Of a stretch of 64,000 bases of DNA, positions 43,169 to 53,656 are shown in pieces. Every line of letters begins with the position of its first letter. The stretch's first letter is position 1. The notes under the pieces were generated by a model that did not search any database, had not been told where the DNA came from, and was given only the letters and a program-made list of their open reading frames with translations. This DNA is from an uncultured Alphaproteobacteria bacterium. GTDB taxonomy: Bacteria > Pseudomonadota > Alphaproteobacteria > RF32 > CAG-239. Where the stretch lies: NCBI GenBank assembly GCA_944392235.1, contig CALXVZ010000002.1:73288-137287 (forward strand). Direction: 5' to 3'. The translations under genes and the position numbers were made by a program.

Positions 43169-44353
43169 ATGAAAAAAATTCTTGTATTAAATTCAGGATC
43201 ATCATCCCTAAAATATCAATTATTCAACGTTGATGGAAACAAATATGATGTTATAGCCAAAGGTAAAGCAGATCGTATTGGTATTCATGGTTCATTCGTT
43301 GAAATCAAAATAACTGGTGGCGAAAAAAGAACCAGAGAAGTAGCTCTTCCCACCCACAATGAAGCCATTGAAGAAGTTACAAAAGAATTATTAAATGGCG
43401 CTTTAAAATCTATGAATGAAATTGATGCTGTCGGCCACCGTATTGTGCAAGGCGGTGACATCTTCAAAAATTCTGTATTAGTAACAGATTCTGTTATTGA
43501 CCAAATTGAAGAATTATCCGAATTAGCCCCTCTTCACAACCATGCGCATGTATTAGGCATCAAAGCTGTAAAAAAACTTCTACCAAATATTCCACAAACT
43601 GTTGTATTTGATACAGCCTTCCACCAAACAATGCCCAAAGAAGCATTTTTATACGCATTACCAATTGAACAATATACAAAATACAAGATTCGTCGTTATG
43701 GTTTCCATGGAACATCACACGCATATGTTTCACAAAAAGCAGCTGAACTAATCGGCAAAAAAGGAAAAATCATCACATGTCACTTAGGTAACGGAGCATC
43801 AATTTCTGCCGTTGACAATGGCATGTGCCTAGATACATCAATGGGATTTACACCGCTAGCAGGTCTTGTCATGGGAACTCGTTGCGGAGACATTGATCCA
43901 TACATTCCATTATATATTTGCAAAACCCAAAATAAGACCCCTGATGAAGTAAACGAAATATTAAACAAGAAGAGTGGTATGTTCGGTCTCTGCGGATATT
44001 CAGATAACCGCGACATAGAAACACTTTATGGAGTTGAAGAAGCTGCAACAGATGCTTTAAATGCGTATATTCACAGCATTATTCGCTTCATCGGAGCATA
44101 TATTGCGGTTCTTGGAGGCGTCGATGCCATCGTATTTACTGCGGGTATTGGCGAAAATGGTTCTTTGGTAAGAAAATTAGTTGTTGAACGTTTAGCATAT
44201 TTAGGCATTACATTAAATGAAGAAGCAAATAGCAAACGTGGCGACATAACTGAAATTTCAACAAAAGATTCAAAGGTTCGCGTATTCGTTATACCAACAG
44301 ATGAAGAATACATGATAGCAAAAGACACTATGCAGATTGTATTCGGCGCATAA
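43169..44353 (+). CDS. ackA: acetate kinase
   Basis: MKKILVLNSGSSSLKYQLF N-terminal signature; VGHRIVQGG. Confidence 0.95.
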   Translation: MKKILVLNSGSSSLKYQLFNVDGNKYDVIAKGKADRIGIHGSFVEIKITGGEKRTREVALPTHNEAIEEVTKELLNGALKSMNEIDAVGHRIVQGGDIFKNSVLVTDSVIDQIEELSELAPLHNHAHVLGIKAVKKLLPNIPQTVVFDTAFHQTMPKEAFLYALPIEQYTKYKIRRYGFHGTSHAYVSQKAAELIGKKGKIITCHLGNGASISAVDNGMCLDTSMGFTPLAGLVMGTRCGDIDPYIPLYICKTQNKTPDEVNEILNKKSGMFGLCGYSDNRDIETLYGVEEAATDALNAYIHSIIRFIGAYIAVLGGVDAIVFTAGIGENGSLVRKLVVERLAYLGITLNEEANSKRGDITEISTKDSKVRVFVIPTDEEYMIAKDTMQIVFGA

Positions 44354-44373
44354 GTATCTATATACTTTTAAGC

Positions 44374-44409
44374 AAAAAGCTCTTCACAAAAGAAGAGCTT
44401 TTTTATTTT
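44374..44409. terminator. bidirectional terminator after ackA
   Basis: AAAGCTCTTCacaaaaGAAGAGCTTTtttatttt. Confidence 0.6.
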
Positions 44410-44426
44410 ACCTAATATAATAAGCA

Positions 44427-45866
44427 CTAATTTTTTCGAACATAGATAAAACCTCTATTATCATAATATTCATCCAAAAAGTCTTTATCATAAGTAGACA
44501 CGCTATGACAATCAAATGTAAATTTATAATCCTTAGTCATACATTTTCTTTTATCTTCCGCAGAAATAATTTTAGGTTTACGTGCCTTTAAGACATTATC
44601 TTCAACAGGAAATTCTCTACGATGAAAATGAATATAATCCAACAGTGCAATATAATCACGACCAAACCAATAATATCCCATTGCATCAAAACGTAATCCC
44701 CCTAAAGTAGAAGTATTACCAATAATGAAATCATTTTCATTAGATAGAGATAATTCAACAGAAGATAAATACACAAAAGAAGATAAATTTCCATATTTAG
44801 CCATAGTATCTTTCAATGTTAAATAATTAAAAGAAGCAATACTAATAACCCCTAGAAAAAGAAAACAACCGCAAATTCTATCAGCAAATTTAGCAAAACA
44901 ATATGCGACAACAATTGCAAAATAAGGATAGACTGACAACCAGTAGTGTCGGAATGGAGCATACACTACAAATTGCCATAAAAAAGACAAAAACAATGCT
45001 TGAAAAGCAATAAATTTCAAAAAAGGGTCTTTCGTTCGCCATAAAATTATTATAGCTAAACCATTGGCAATACCATAATACATCGTTAGATGAACAGGAA
45101 AGCGATACTCCATACGCATAATTGTATTTAATACCCAATTAAGCTCAAAATAATCTTTAAAAATACCTAAAAATAGCACACCAAATAAAAACAATCCTAT
45201 TAAGGCACAAACAGGAAACAATGCTAACAATGTCTTTTTTAACGATATGTGATACTGAAAAAATCCATAAACCCAAAAACATCCCATAGGAAATAAAATC
45301 AATAACGCTTTTTGTAGAGTTAAAATCGCCAACCCAAATAACAGAAAAGCAACAGAAAGGTCTAAAGTTTTCTCATTTTTCCAAAAACAAAACAAGAAGT
45401 AGATCCCTGCTAAAATAAATGTCATCATCAACACATCAGGTCGAAATGACGTTCCCTCAAGCATAACAACTTCCGGAGCACAAAAAAAACAAACAGCCAA
45501 CATCGCAAAGATATTGTTTTTAGAAATAAAGCGACAAATTTTTACAATAAACCAACAATCAATCACTATCAAAAAAAGGGAAAAAGCTCTAATTGCATAC
45601 CAAATATTTTCATTATTTAAGAATAAGGCAACAATTGGAGAAAAGATATACCATAGTAACGGATGATGATGTTCAAAAAAATCACGATAAGGCACATAAC
45701 CATTTAATACCAAAAAAGATGCATATACATGTTCCCGTTCATCACCGTAAAGCACATTATTAAAGGTAAAATAAGACAAGAAAAAGAAAACACATAAAGC
45801 GAAAATGAACAATTCTAAACGATATAAAAGTTTCGCTGATAACGAACTCATAAGCACATCTCCCAA
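44427..45866 (-). CDS. polytopic membrane protein (putative glycosyltransferase-like, ArnT/GT39-type topology)
   Basis: ~11 predicted TM helices. Assignment by topology only. Confidence 0.35.
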   Translation of the reverse strand: MGDVLMSSLSAKLLYRLELFIFALCVFFFLSYFTFNNVLYGDEREHVYASFLVLNGYVPYRDFFEHHHPLLWYIFSPIVALFLNNENIWYAIRAFSLFLIVIDCWFIVKICRFISKNNIFAMLAVCFFCAPEVVMLEGTSFRPDVLMMTFILAGIYFLFCFWKNEKTLDLSVAFLLFGLAILTLQKALLILFPMGCFWVYGFFQYHISLKKTLLALFPVCALIGLFLFGVLFLGIFKDYFELNWVLNTIMRMEYRFPVHLTMYYGIANGLAIIILWRTKDPFLKFIAFQALFLSFLWQFVVYAPFRHYWLSVYPYFAIVVAYCFAKFADRICGCFLFLGVISIASFNYLTLKDTMAKYGNLSSFVYLSSVELSLSNENDFIIGNTSTLGGLRFDAMGYYWFGRDYIALLDYIHFHRREFPVEDNVLKARKPKIISAEDKRKCMTKDYKFTFDCHSVSTYDKDFLDEYYDNRGFIYVRKN

Positions 45867-46012
45867 TCACTATTTTTATGCTTTATAACACTTTTAAATT
45901 TACGTCCAGATAATCATAAAACATTTACCAAACTAATTCAGGAAATGTTTATTTAATCGAGCAAAAAGGCTCTCTCAATCAAGAGAAAGCCTTTTCAAAT
46001 AATCAAGTCATA

Positions 46013-47155
46013 TCAAGAACCGAGTAATCCTCGCCATTGAGCCATTTCAGCAATATCGGCATCAAACCCATACCGTTCTTGATACATCTCAATCAACTGA
46101 GAATTAGCAAGTTTCACTAACTCTTTCTGTGCCGCAGAACAAAGACAATGATAATCCAAGTAATATTTTATCATCTCGACATTTCCAGACTGTATAAGCA
46201 ACACAACATCTTCATCAAACCAATCGTCATATTTCCGAATTTGTGTTTTCAAAAGTTCAGGATGACCTGCTTTAAGAATAGTTTCCACATATCGGGAAAC
46301 CTCTCCCAAAGCCGAAGGATGATTAAGAGAAGAAACTTCCTGAATTTTCTCAATCAGTTCAAATCGCCCCAATTCAAGCAATTTTCCCATAAATTTAACA
46401 TCCACCAACCAATTATCAAAATATTTCAGAATAACTTCATCAGAACAACGTTCAGCCATCAAAATAACATCATCATCCCAAACAAAACTATTATCCTCAA
46501 TATATTCTTCCAAAAGTTTTTGATTACCTTTCCAAATCAAGAGTTCACTACATTTCAAATAAGGAAAATACGCTCTCACTTCCTCATCTGTTCCAAAATA
46601 AACAAGAGCTTCCTCTTCTTCGTAAGTTAACTCTTCGTAGGTTAAATTAATACCTTTTGACAATGCTTGGCGCACCACTTCTAAACGCGCCAAATGAATA
46701 GGAGTTGGATTGTTCATTATCGGCTCAGGCATAACCAATTTTGTGTGAGGAACTTCTGGCGTAATATGGTTGATTTTAGGATTTACAGACTGACATACCA
46801 TCTCTGTCATTTCTCGAACAATAAACATCTTTTTAACAACCATTACAGAAGAACAACCCTCTAAGCGAGGTTTATTACCACACGTTCCATCAGAATAAAT
46901 ATAAATCGGAAAATTTATTTTATCTTTAAGACTTATAATAGCTTCACCCAAGGACAAATTTTCATCATCCCAAACAGCCAAACATTCATCTTTAAGACTC
47001 GAAGCAGTAAATTTTCCTTTTACAATCCCAATAGCGTTCATTTTACCAGAGATAATAGATTTACCAAATGTCCCATCAGGATAAAAATAGAAAGGATAAC
47101 CGATTTTCGCTCCGATATCGTTAACTCGTTTTAAAATAATATTTTTCATATGCAT
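46013..47155 (-). CDS. hypothetical protein with a duplicated N-terminal ~45-aa motif
   Basis: IGYPFYFYPDGTFGKS and INFPIYIYSDGTCGNK repeats. C-terminal alpha-rich region. Confidence 0.4.
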   Translation of the reverse strand: MHMKNIILKRVNDIGAKIGYPFYFYPDGTFGKSIISGKMNAIGIVKGKFTASSLKDECLAVWDDENLSLGEAIISLKDKINFPIYIYSDGTCGNKPRLEGCSSVMVVKKMFIVREMTEMVCQSVNPKINHITPEVPHTKLVMPEPIMNNPTPIHLARLEVVRQALSKGINLTYEELTYEEEEALVYFGTDEEVRAYFPYLKCSELLIWKGNQKLLEEYIEDNSFVWDDDVILMAERCSDEVILKYFDNWLVDVKFMGKLLELGRFELIEKIQEVSSLNHPSALGEVSRYVETILKAGHPELLKTQIRKYDDWFDEDVVLLIQSGNVEMIKYYLDYHCLCSAAQKELVKLANSQLIEMYQERYGFDADIAEMAQWRGLLGS

Positions 47156-47221
47156 AAAAATTTTAAGTTTTACAATAATTTTATTTTACGAAAATACTAA
47201 ATAGTCAAACATTTCCTGTCA

Positions 47222-47250
47222 ACAAAAATGACGAAGCATCTCTGCTTCGC
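47222..47250 (-). terminator. terminator for the OmpA-like gene
   Basis: Minus strand reads GCGAAGCAgagaTGCTTCGtcatttttgt. Confidence 0.5.
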
Positions 47251-47276
47251 CATAACTCAAACAAACCGTTTTTGAA

Positions 47277-47915
47277 TTAACGATTAATCAATACAATTTC
47301 AACACGTCGATTCTGTTCTCTACCTGCTGCAGTTGCGTTCGATGCAATAGGATTAGAAGAACCATAACCATTAGAAACAATACGATTAGCATTAACGCCC
47401 TTCAATCTCAAATAATTAGAGATTGAGTTAGCACGCATTAAAGAAAGAGAGTTATTAGTTGCAGCACTACCTGTGCTATCGGTATAACCATTAATTTGAA
47501 CCATAGTCTTATCATATTCATTAATAACTTTAGCAATAGAATTCAAGACCGGTTGAAAAGCTGGTTTAATATTAGCATCATTAGAATCAAAAGTAATATT
47601 ACCCGGCATAATCAAATAAATCTGACCATTGACTTCTTGAACTTGCACACCGGTATTAAGCAATTCCTGACGCAATTTACGAGCTTGCACATCCATATAT
47701 GCACCAGTTCCCGCACCAGCAGCTGCACCAACGCCAGCACCGATCAAAGCACCTTTTTCACCACCAGCAAGAGCACCAATACCAGCACCGGCAAGAGCAC
47801 CTATACCTGTTCCCCAAGCAGTATTAGAAACCTTACTTTGCCCTGTATAAGGATCCGTAGCACAAGCGGTTAACATAGAAACAGCTAACACACTGCAAAT
47901 AAGTGATTTTCTCAT
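47277..47915 (-). CDS. OmpA-family lipoprotein with glycine-zipper region
   Basis: Lipobox LTAC, glycine zipper GIGALAGAGIGALAGG, and an OmpA C-like domain (NGYTDSTGS...NRRVEIVL). Confidence 0.85.
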   Translation of the reverse strand: MRKSLICSVLAVSMLTACATDPYTGQSKVSNTAWGTGIGALAGAGIGALAGGEKGALIGAGVGAAAGAGTGAYMDVQARKLRQELLNTGVQVQEVNGQIYLIMPGNITFDSNDANIKPAFQPVLNSIAKVINEYDKTMVQINGYTDSTGSAATNNSLSLMRANSISNYLRLKGVNANRIVSNGYGSSNPIASNATAAGREQNRRVEIVLINR

Positions 47916-47981
47916 AAATTTAACCCCTCAATAAAAATTGATAACACATACAATTTATAGTCTGGAGAGCTTAAAATACTC

Positions 47982-48644
47982 TTAATACTTAGTCAACTTT
48001 TTAACAACATAATGGATGATTAATAATATATATATAGTTCCCAACCCCAGAATCAACCAATTTTTTAGTTCTCTATTACTAATTGCACGTGTAATTTTAT
48101 TAACATTAAGAGCACTACCAGTAACCTTAATTCTATCGGTTGGTTTTTCATGCAAAATATTAACGACATATTGATAATCAGGATTAAGAAAATCAAAGTT
48201 TAAAATTAAATCTTCACCATAAGGAACAACTTCCGCTGTAATAGCATTAGTTGTTTCGTCATTATCTAAATTATAATGTTGCATCATAGCATCTTGAGGA
48301 ACTTCTATTCGAATAGGATCATGCCCTAAATGAGAAACATCAGATCCAGAAAGTGCCTGTTCCCCCTGATTATATAAATAAACTTTAGTTAAATACAAAT
48401 CTTTATATTTTTTACCTTTAACATCAACATCATATTCATTAGTATTATTTGAAGAAATCAATTTAATAGTATTAGTCTGATATCGTAAAATAGGTCTACT
48501 AATATAAAATTGATAATAACCGAGAGCAATAGCAGAAACAGCTAATATAAAAGCTCCTGTCGGACTAGTCCAAAAGTTCCAAAAACTATTAAATAAACTT
48601 CTCAAAAATCTTTTTTCTACTTTTTTTTCATAATGAGTAAACAT
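47982..48644 (-). CDS. hypothetical membrane-anchored protein
   Basis: Two TM segments (N- and C-terminal). No recognisable domain. Confidence 0.4.
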   Translation of the reverse strand: MFTHYEKKVEKRFLRSLFNSFWNFWTSPTGAFILAVSAIALGYYQFYISRPILRYQTNTIKLISSNNTNEYDVDVKGKKYKDLYLTKVYLYNQGEQALSGSDVSHLGHDPIRIEVPQDAMMQHYNLDNDETTNAITAEVVPYGEDLILNFDFLNPDYQYVVNILHEKPTDRIKVTGSALNVNKITRAISNRELKNWLILGLGTIYILLIIHYVVKKLTKY

Positions 48645-48755
48645 ATATTTCTCCTTAAATTGTGATAGATATATACATCAAAAACCAAATTTAAAGAGCA
48701 AAAGAGCCCGCAATTGCGAGCTCTTAAATTAAATCCCTTAAAATAACTAAATCAA

Positions 48756-50573
48756 TTATGCTGTAGCATCATTTCTAGAACGTTTACGTAAAATAGGATC
48801 TAAAATTTTCTTACGCAAACGTAATGATTTCGGAGTAACTTCCAATAACTCATCTTGTTGAATATAAGACAAAGCTTGCTCCAAAGACATTTTGCGAGGA
48901 GGAATAAGATCAATAGCCTCATCTTTACCAGCTGCACGAATATTAGTAAGTTGCTTAGATTTTGTCGGATTAACTTCCAAATCATTAGATTTTGTATGTT
49001 CACCAATAATCATACCAACATAAACCGGACTATTGTGTTCAATAAACATAGGTCCCCTGTCTTGTAATTTCCAAAGAGAATAAGCAACAGCAGTCCCAGC
49101 TTCACTAGAAATAAGCACACCATTACGATGGCTTTCAATTTCACCTTTAAATGGTTCATAAGCATAGAAAATACGGTTCATAACACCCGTTCCACGAGTA
49201 TCAGTCAAAAACTCGGAATGATACCCGATAAGCCCTCTAGAAGGAGCATGAAAGATTAAGCGAGTTTTATTACCAACCTGCGAAGGAATCATCTCTAAGA
49301 GTTCTGCTTTACGTTGACTTAATTTTTCAACAACTGTTCCTGAGAATTCATCATCAACATCGACAACAACTTCTTCAACCGGCTCCAATAAATCACCATT
49401 TTCATCTTTATGAAACAACACTTTCGGACGAGAAATAGAAAGTTCAAATCCTTCACGCCGCATTGTTTCAATCAGAACACCCAACTGAAGTTCACCACGA
49501 CCTGCGACTTCAAAAGAATCTGTCATTTCGGTACGAGAAATTTTCAATGCAATATTACATTCTGCTTCTTTTTGCAATCTATCCCAAATCATACGAGAAG
49601 TAACTTTATCGCCTTCTTTACCAGCCAAAGGGGAATCATTTACAGAGAAAGTCATAGCCAAAGTAGGAGGATCAATAGGTTGTGCTTCAATAGCCTCCAT
49701 AACATCAGGAGCACAAATTGTATCAGCAACCGTTCCTTTAACAACACCGGCAACAGCTACAATATCACCGGCATGAGCTTCATTAAGAGCCACTCTTTCC
49801 AATCCTTTATAAGCCATAATTTTAGTAATGCGTGTCCGTTCGACTTCACCATTATCATTAATAACCTTAACAGCATCATTAACCTTCAAAATTCCGCTAT
49901 GAATTTTACCGGTTAAGATACGTCCCACAAATTTATCCGCTTCCAAAGTAGTAGCCAACATAGAAAAAGGCTTATCTTTTTCACAAACAGGTTCTGGAAC
50001 ATAAGAAAGAATCAATTCGAACAAAGGTTTCAAATCTTTTTTCTCATCAGACAATTCTTTAACAGCCCAACCATTACGTCCAGAAGCGTAAAGAACAGGA
50101 AAATCTAATTGTTCATCATTAGCATCAAGGCTAACAAACAAATCGAATATTTCATTTAAGACTTCGTCAGGTCTTGCATCTGGTTTATCTGCTTTATTAA
50201 TAACAACAATAGGTTTCAAACCAATTTTCAAAGCTTTACCAAGAACGAACTTAGTTTGAGGCATTGGACCTTCTGATGAATCAACCAACAGAACAACACC
50301 ATCAACCATAGAAAGAATACGTTCAACTTCGCCACCAAAATCGGCGTGTCCAGGAGTATCAACAATATTAATATGAGTTCCATTCCAATCAACAGCAGTA
50401 CATTTAGAAAGAATAGTAATACCTCTTTCACGCTCCAAGTCATTACTATCCATAACGCAGTCAGCAACTTTTTGATTATCTCTAAAAGTTCCGCTTTGAC
50501 GCAACAAGCCATCAACAAGAGTTGTTTTACCATGGTCAACGTGCGCAATAATCGCAATATTTCTAATATCCAT
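48756..50573 (-). CDS. typA: translational GTPase TypA/BipA
   Basis: G1 [10 protein letters not shown]3 DTPGHADF, and 605 aa length. Confidence 0.95.
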   Translation of the reverse strand: MDIRNIAIIAHVDHGKTTLVDGLLRQSGTFRDNQKVADCVMDSNDLERERGITILSKCTAVDWNGTHINIVDTPGHADFGGEVERILSMVDGVVLLVDSSEGPMPQTKFVLGKALKIGLKPIVVINKADKPDARPDEVLNEIFDLFVSLDANDEQLDFPVLYASGRNGWAVKELSDEKKDLKPLFELILSYVPEPVCEKDKPFSMLATTLEADKFVGRILTGKIHSGILKVNDAVKVINDNGEVERTRITKIMAYKGLERVALNEAHAGDIVAVAGVVKGTVADTICAPDVMEAIEAQPIDPPTLAMTFSVNDSPLAGKEGDKVTSRMIWDRLQKEAECNIALKISRTEMTDSFEVAGRGELQLGVLIETMRREGFELSISRPKVLFHKDENGDLLEPVEEVVVDVDDEFSGTVVEKLSQRKAELLEMIPSQVGNKTRLIFHAPSRGLIGYHSEFLTDTRGTGVMNRIFYAYEPFKGEIESHRNGVLISSEAGTAVAYSLWKLQDRGPMFIEHNSPVYVGMIIGEHTKSNDLEVNPTKSKQLTNIRAAGKDEAIDLIPPRKMSLEQALSYIQQDELLEVTPKSLRLRKKILDPILRKRSRNDATA

Positions 50574-50680
50574 ACTCTATAAAATCCTTAAAAGCTAAAC
50601 AATAAAAGGGAAAATCCAATATAATTTCCCCCTTTTATAACAAAAAAAATTTAAATAGCAATACCTTACATCAAAAAAAG

Positions 50681-51697
50681 CTAAGCTCGTTTACCATATT
50701 GCACCAATTTATTACGCACAAACCCACGTAAAGAAACTTCTGGACGAGCTCCATAATGTCCAACAATTTCAGAAGCAGCAATACTACCAATCATTGCACA
50801 AGTTCCCAAACTACGTCCTTTAACCATACCATACAAAAATCCTGCAGCATATAAATCACCAGCACCAGTTGAATCCACAACCTCATCAACCTTTTCTGCT
50901 TCTACAAAAATTTTAATACGATTTTTAACAACAACAGAACCTCTTGCATCTCTAGTAATAGCTGAAAGCTCTACAATATTTTTAAGTAGATCCAAAGCTT
51001 TCATAAAATCTTTTTCATCAAACAAAGCCAATAATTCTTCTTCATTTGCGAACAAGACATCAACTTGTTTTTGAATAAATTCAATCAACTCCTCTCTATG
51101 ACGTTTAACACAAGCGGTATCAGACAAAGTAAACGCAACTTGTCTATTATAATGATGAGCCAAATCTGCCGCTTTTTTAACAGCTTCTTTAGAAAATTCA
51201 TTATCCCACAAATACCCTTCCAAAAAGATTATATTAGAAACTTTAATTAAATTTTCATCAATATCTTGAACTGTTAAACGACTAGAAGCTCCCAAATATG
51301 TAAACATTGAACGTGTTGCATCAGGAGTTACAAGCACAATACTACGACCAGTTGCTTGTCCTTCCCAAAGCGGTTCTGTAAAATAATCAATACCGGCGGC
51401 AGCAACTTGCCGTTTAAAAACCTGACCTAATTCATCATCATGGACTTTACCAATAAAAGCGCAATCAGCTCCTAAAGAAGCCAATCCTGCAACAGTATTT
51501 GCAGCAGAACCACCAGAAACTTCTCTTTCAGGAATAATATCATTATAAATTTGTCCAGCTTCACGAGCCTCAAGTAAAGTCATTCCCCCTTTACTCAAAT
51601 TTCGCTCACTTAAAAATCCTTCTCCGACTTTAGCTAAAACGTCAACAATCGCATTACCTATACCTAAAACATCATAAATAATTTCTTCTTTATTCAT
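50681..51697 (-). CDS. PfkB-family carbohydrate/nucleoside kinase (adenosine kinase-like)
   Basis: GGSAANT and DSTGAGDLYAAGFLYG signatures. Confidence 0.75.
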   Translation of the reverse strand: MNKEEIIYDVLGIGNAIVDVLAKVGEGFLSERNLSKGGMTLLEAREAGQIYNDIIPEREVSGGSAANTVAGLASLGADCAFIGKVHDDELGQVFKRQVAAAGIDYFTEPLWEGQATGRSIVLVTPDATRSMFTYLGASSRLTVQDIDENLIKVSNIIFLEGYLWDNEFSKEAVKKAADLAHHYNRQVAFTLSDTACVKRHREELIEFIQKQVDVLFANEEELLALFDEKDFMKALDLLKNIVELSAITRDARGSVVVKNRIKIFVEAEKVDEVVDSTGAGDLYAAGFLYGMVKGRSLGTCAMIGSIAASEIVGHYGARPEVSLRGFVRNKLVQYGKRA

Positions 51698-51752
51698 ATT
51701 AACACCTCAACAATAAAGCACCAACCAGACACTAACATTAAATTTATAAATT

Positions 51753-52271
51753 TCAAAGTTTAAAAAGCACTCCTAAAACAGCAGAAAGAATAATATAAAA
51801 AATAGGACTTTTTTTAAGAAAATAAACCAACAAAAAGAAAGCCACTGCAAAAATTATTGAAAACAAATCATGAACACTCAACTTCAACAATTCGAAACCA
51901 GCCAATAAAATAAGAGCGACCACAGCAGGTCTAATAGAGGACATAATTTCCTTAATCCATAAATTATCCTTATAGTGACTAAGAAGTTTAGACACCATAA
52001 TAACAATGATAACCGAAGGAAGAACAAGACCTAATGTTGCAATAATTCCGCCACCAATTCCTGCCGTTTGAAATCCGGCATAAGTTGCCATATTCACTCC
52101 AACAGGTCCTGGAGTAGATTGAGAAACAGCAATCATATTTGTTAACTCCTCAGCTGAAAACCAATCATATTTCTTTGTTAAATCAAATAGGAATGGAATA
52201 GTAACCATACCACCGCCGATAGCAAATAATCCTATTTTAAAAAATTCCCAAAATAAAACACCATAAACCAC
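51753..52271 (-). CDS. chrA: chromate transporter, short-chain CHR family subunit
   Basis: FFKIGLFAIGGGMVTIPF motif. Forms a pair with the upstream paralogue. Confidence 0.75.
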   Translation of the reverse strand: MVYGVLFWEFFKIGLFAIGGGMVTIPFLFDLTKKYDWFSAEELTNMIAVSQSTPGPVGVNMATYAGFQTAGIGGGIIATLGLVLPSVIIVIMVSKLLSHYKDNLWIKEIMSSIRPAVVALILLAGFELLKLSVHDLFSIIFAVAFFLLVYFLKKSPIFYIILSAVLGVLFKL

Positions 52272-52272
52272 T

Positions 52273-52827
52273 TTATTTATCCTTCAGACGTTTAAAAAAT
52301 CCGGCACAGGCTGCCAACAATACAACCGAGACAGCCGAAAGGTGAATACAAAACAATAAAAACAAAACCAATAAAAATAGAATCAGCTGAAATTTTGTTT
52401 CCACAGCTTTTTTAAATAGAACAACAACCTCTTTTAAGATAAGAGCAATAACACCTATTCTAATCCCCGCAAATGCATGAGCAACCCATTGATTATCAGA
52501 CAAAGTATTTAAGAGTCCGGCCAAAGCCATAATAATCAATAAAGAAGGCAAAACTATTGCAAGTGTCGCAATAGCCGCTCCCAATACTTTTTTAATTTTA
52601 TATCCAGTAAAAGTAGCCACATTAACAGCAATAACACCAGGAGTACATTGCCCAATTGAATAGTAATCAATTAATTCATTTTCTGAAATATACTTTCTTT
52701 TTTCAATAAGTTCTTGTCTAAATAACGGCATCATTGCATAACCACCACCAAACGTAAACAAACCTATTTTAAAAAAAGATACAAAAATTTTACCTAATTC
52801 ATTCATTAATATTCTTCTTTTACTCAT
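52273..52827 (-). CDS. chrA: chromate transporter, short-chain CHR family subunit
   Basis: FFKIGLFTFGGGYAMMPL motif. Confidence 0.75.
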   Translation of the reverse strand: MSKRRILMNELGKIFVSFFKIGLFTFGGGYAMMPLFRQELIEKRKYISENELIDYYSIGQCTPGVIAVNVATFTGYKIKKVLGAAIATLAIVLPSLLIIMALAGLLNTLSDNQWVAHAFAGIRIGVIALILKEVVVLFKKAVETKFQLILFLLVLFLLFCIHLSAVSVVLLAACAGFFKRLKDK

Positions 52828-52919
52828 TCATCAATTTTTAATAAAGAATACAAAAAAGATTCTTAAAATAAAGATATTTTTATGGTTATAAGCTCAAGAA
52901 AGATAAAATAAAGTAAAAA

Positions 52920-53516
52920 TTATTTTTTCGCATCAAGATAAGACATTCCAGCCAAATAAGTATTAAACAAGATTCTAACAACATACTTCTTATCCAAAGC
53001 AACAAACTCTTTTTCTGACGTCAGCAAAGAGCTAAGAGCAAAAACAGTCACAAATAAAACCTGAGAAGAAACTTCTCTTTCTTTCTGAGGTATTTTAACA
53101 AAAAGTTTTTTTAAATTTTTTTCTAATAACAACAAAAGACGCACAATTCGACGCAAATAAAAGATATCATACTCCTCAACAACATTTTGAAAATGAAAGC
53201 TATATAAAGCAAACCAAAGATTTTTATTATTAAGCACAAATTCTACAAATTTCTCCAATAATTTATTTAGATTAATATAAACATCTGAGCCCATTTCTGC
53301 AGAAAGCAACACTTCATATAATTCATCAAGAGTTTGAGCATTTTCTTCTAAAAAAAGATTATCCATGCTCTTGAATTGATTATAAATAGTCCCCACAGAA
53401 TAACCGGAATAATCAGCCAACTTTCTAGCCGTTAAAAACTCCATACCTTTATCAACTAAAAGTTCTCTAGCCTTAAGAATTAAATCAGCTCTAATTTCCT
53501 CTTTAGATTTAACCAT
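52920..53516 (-). CDS. TetR-family transcriptional regulator
   Basis: N-terminal HTH TARKLADYSGYSVGTIYNQF. Confidence 0.8.
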   Translation of the reverse strand: MVKSKEEIRADLILKARELLVDKGMEFLTARKLADYSGYSVGTIYNQFKSMDNLFLEENAQTLDELYEVLLSAEMGSDVYINLNKLLEKFVEFVLNNKNLWFALYSFHFQNVVEEYDIFYLRRIVRLLLLLEKNLKKLFVKIPQKEREVSSQVLFVTVFALSSLLTSEKEFVALDKKYVVRILFNTYLAGMSYLDAKK

Positions 53517-53534
53517 ATCATCAATCCAAATTCA

Positions 53535-53557
53535 TTCTCATATTAAAAATAAGAATA
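53535..53557. promoter_or_regulatory. candidate TetR operator (ATTCTCAT-N7-ATAAGAAT inverted repeat)
   Basis: 7/8 inverted repeat just upstream of the tetR start in the divergent promoter region. Confidence 0.25.
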
Positions 53558-53656
53558 ACTGATTTTAAAACACTGTTCAAGTCTTTTTTTTATAAAAAAG
53601 TTAACTATTAAGGATTAGAGTAAAATAAAGTAAAAAACAATATACAAGGATAGAAA

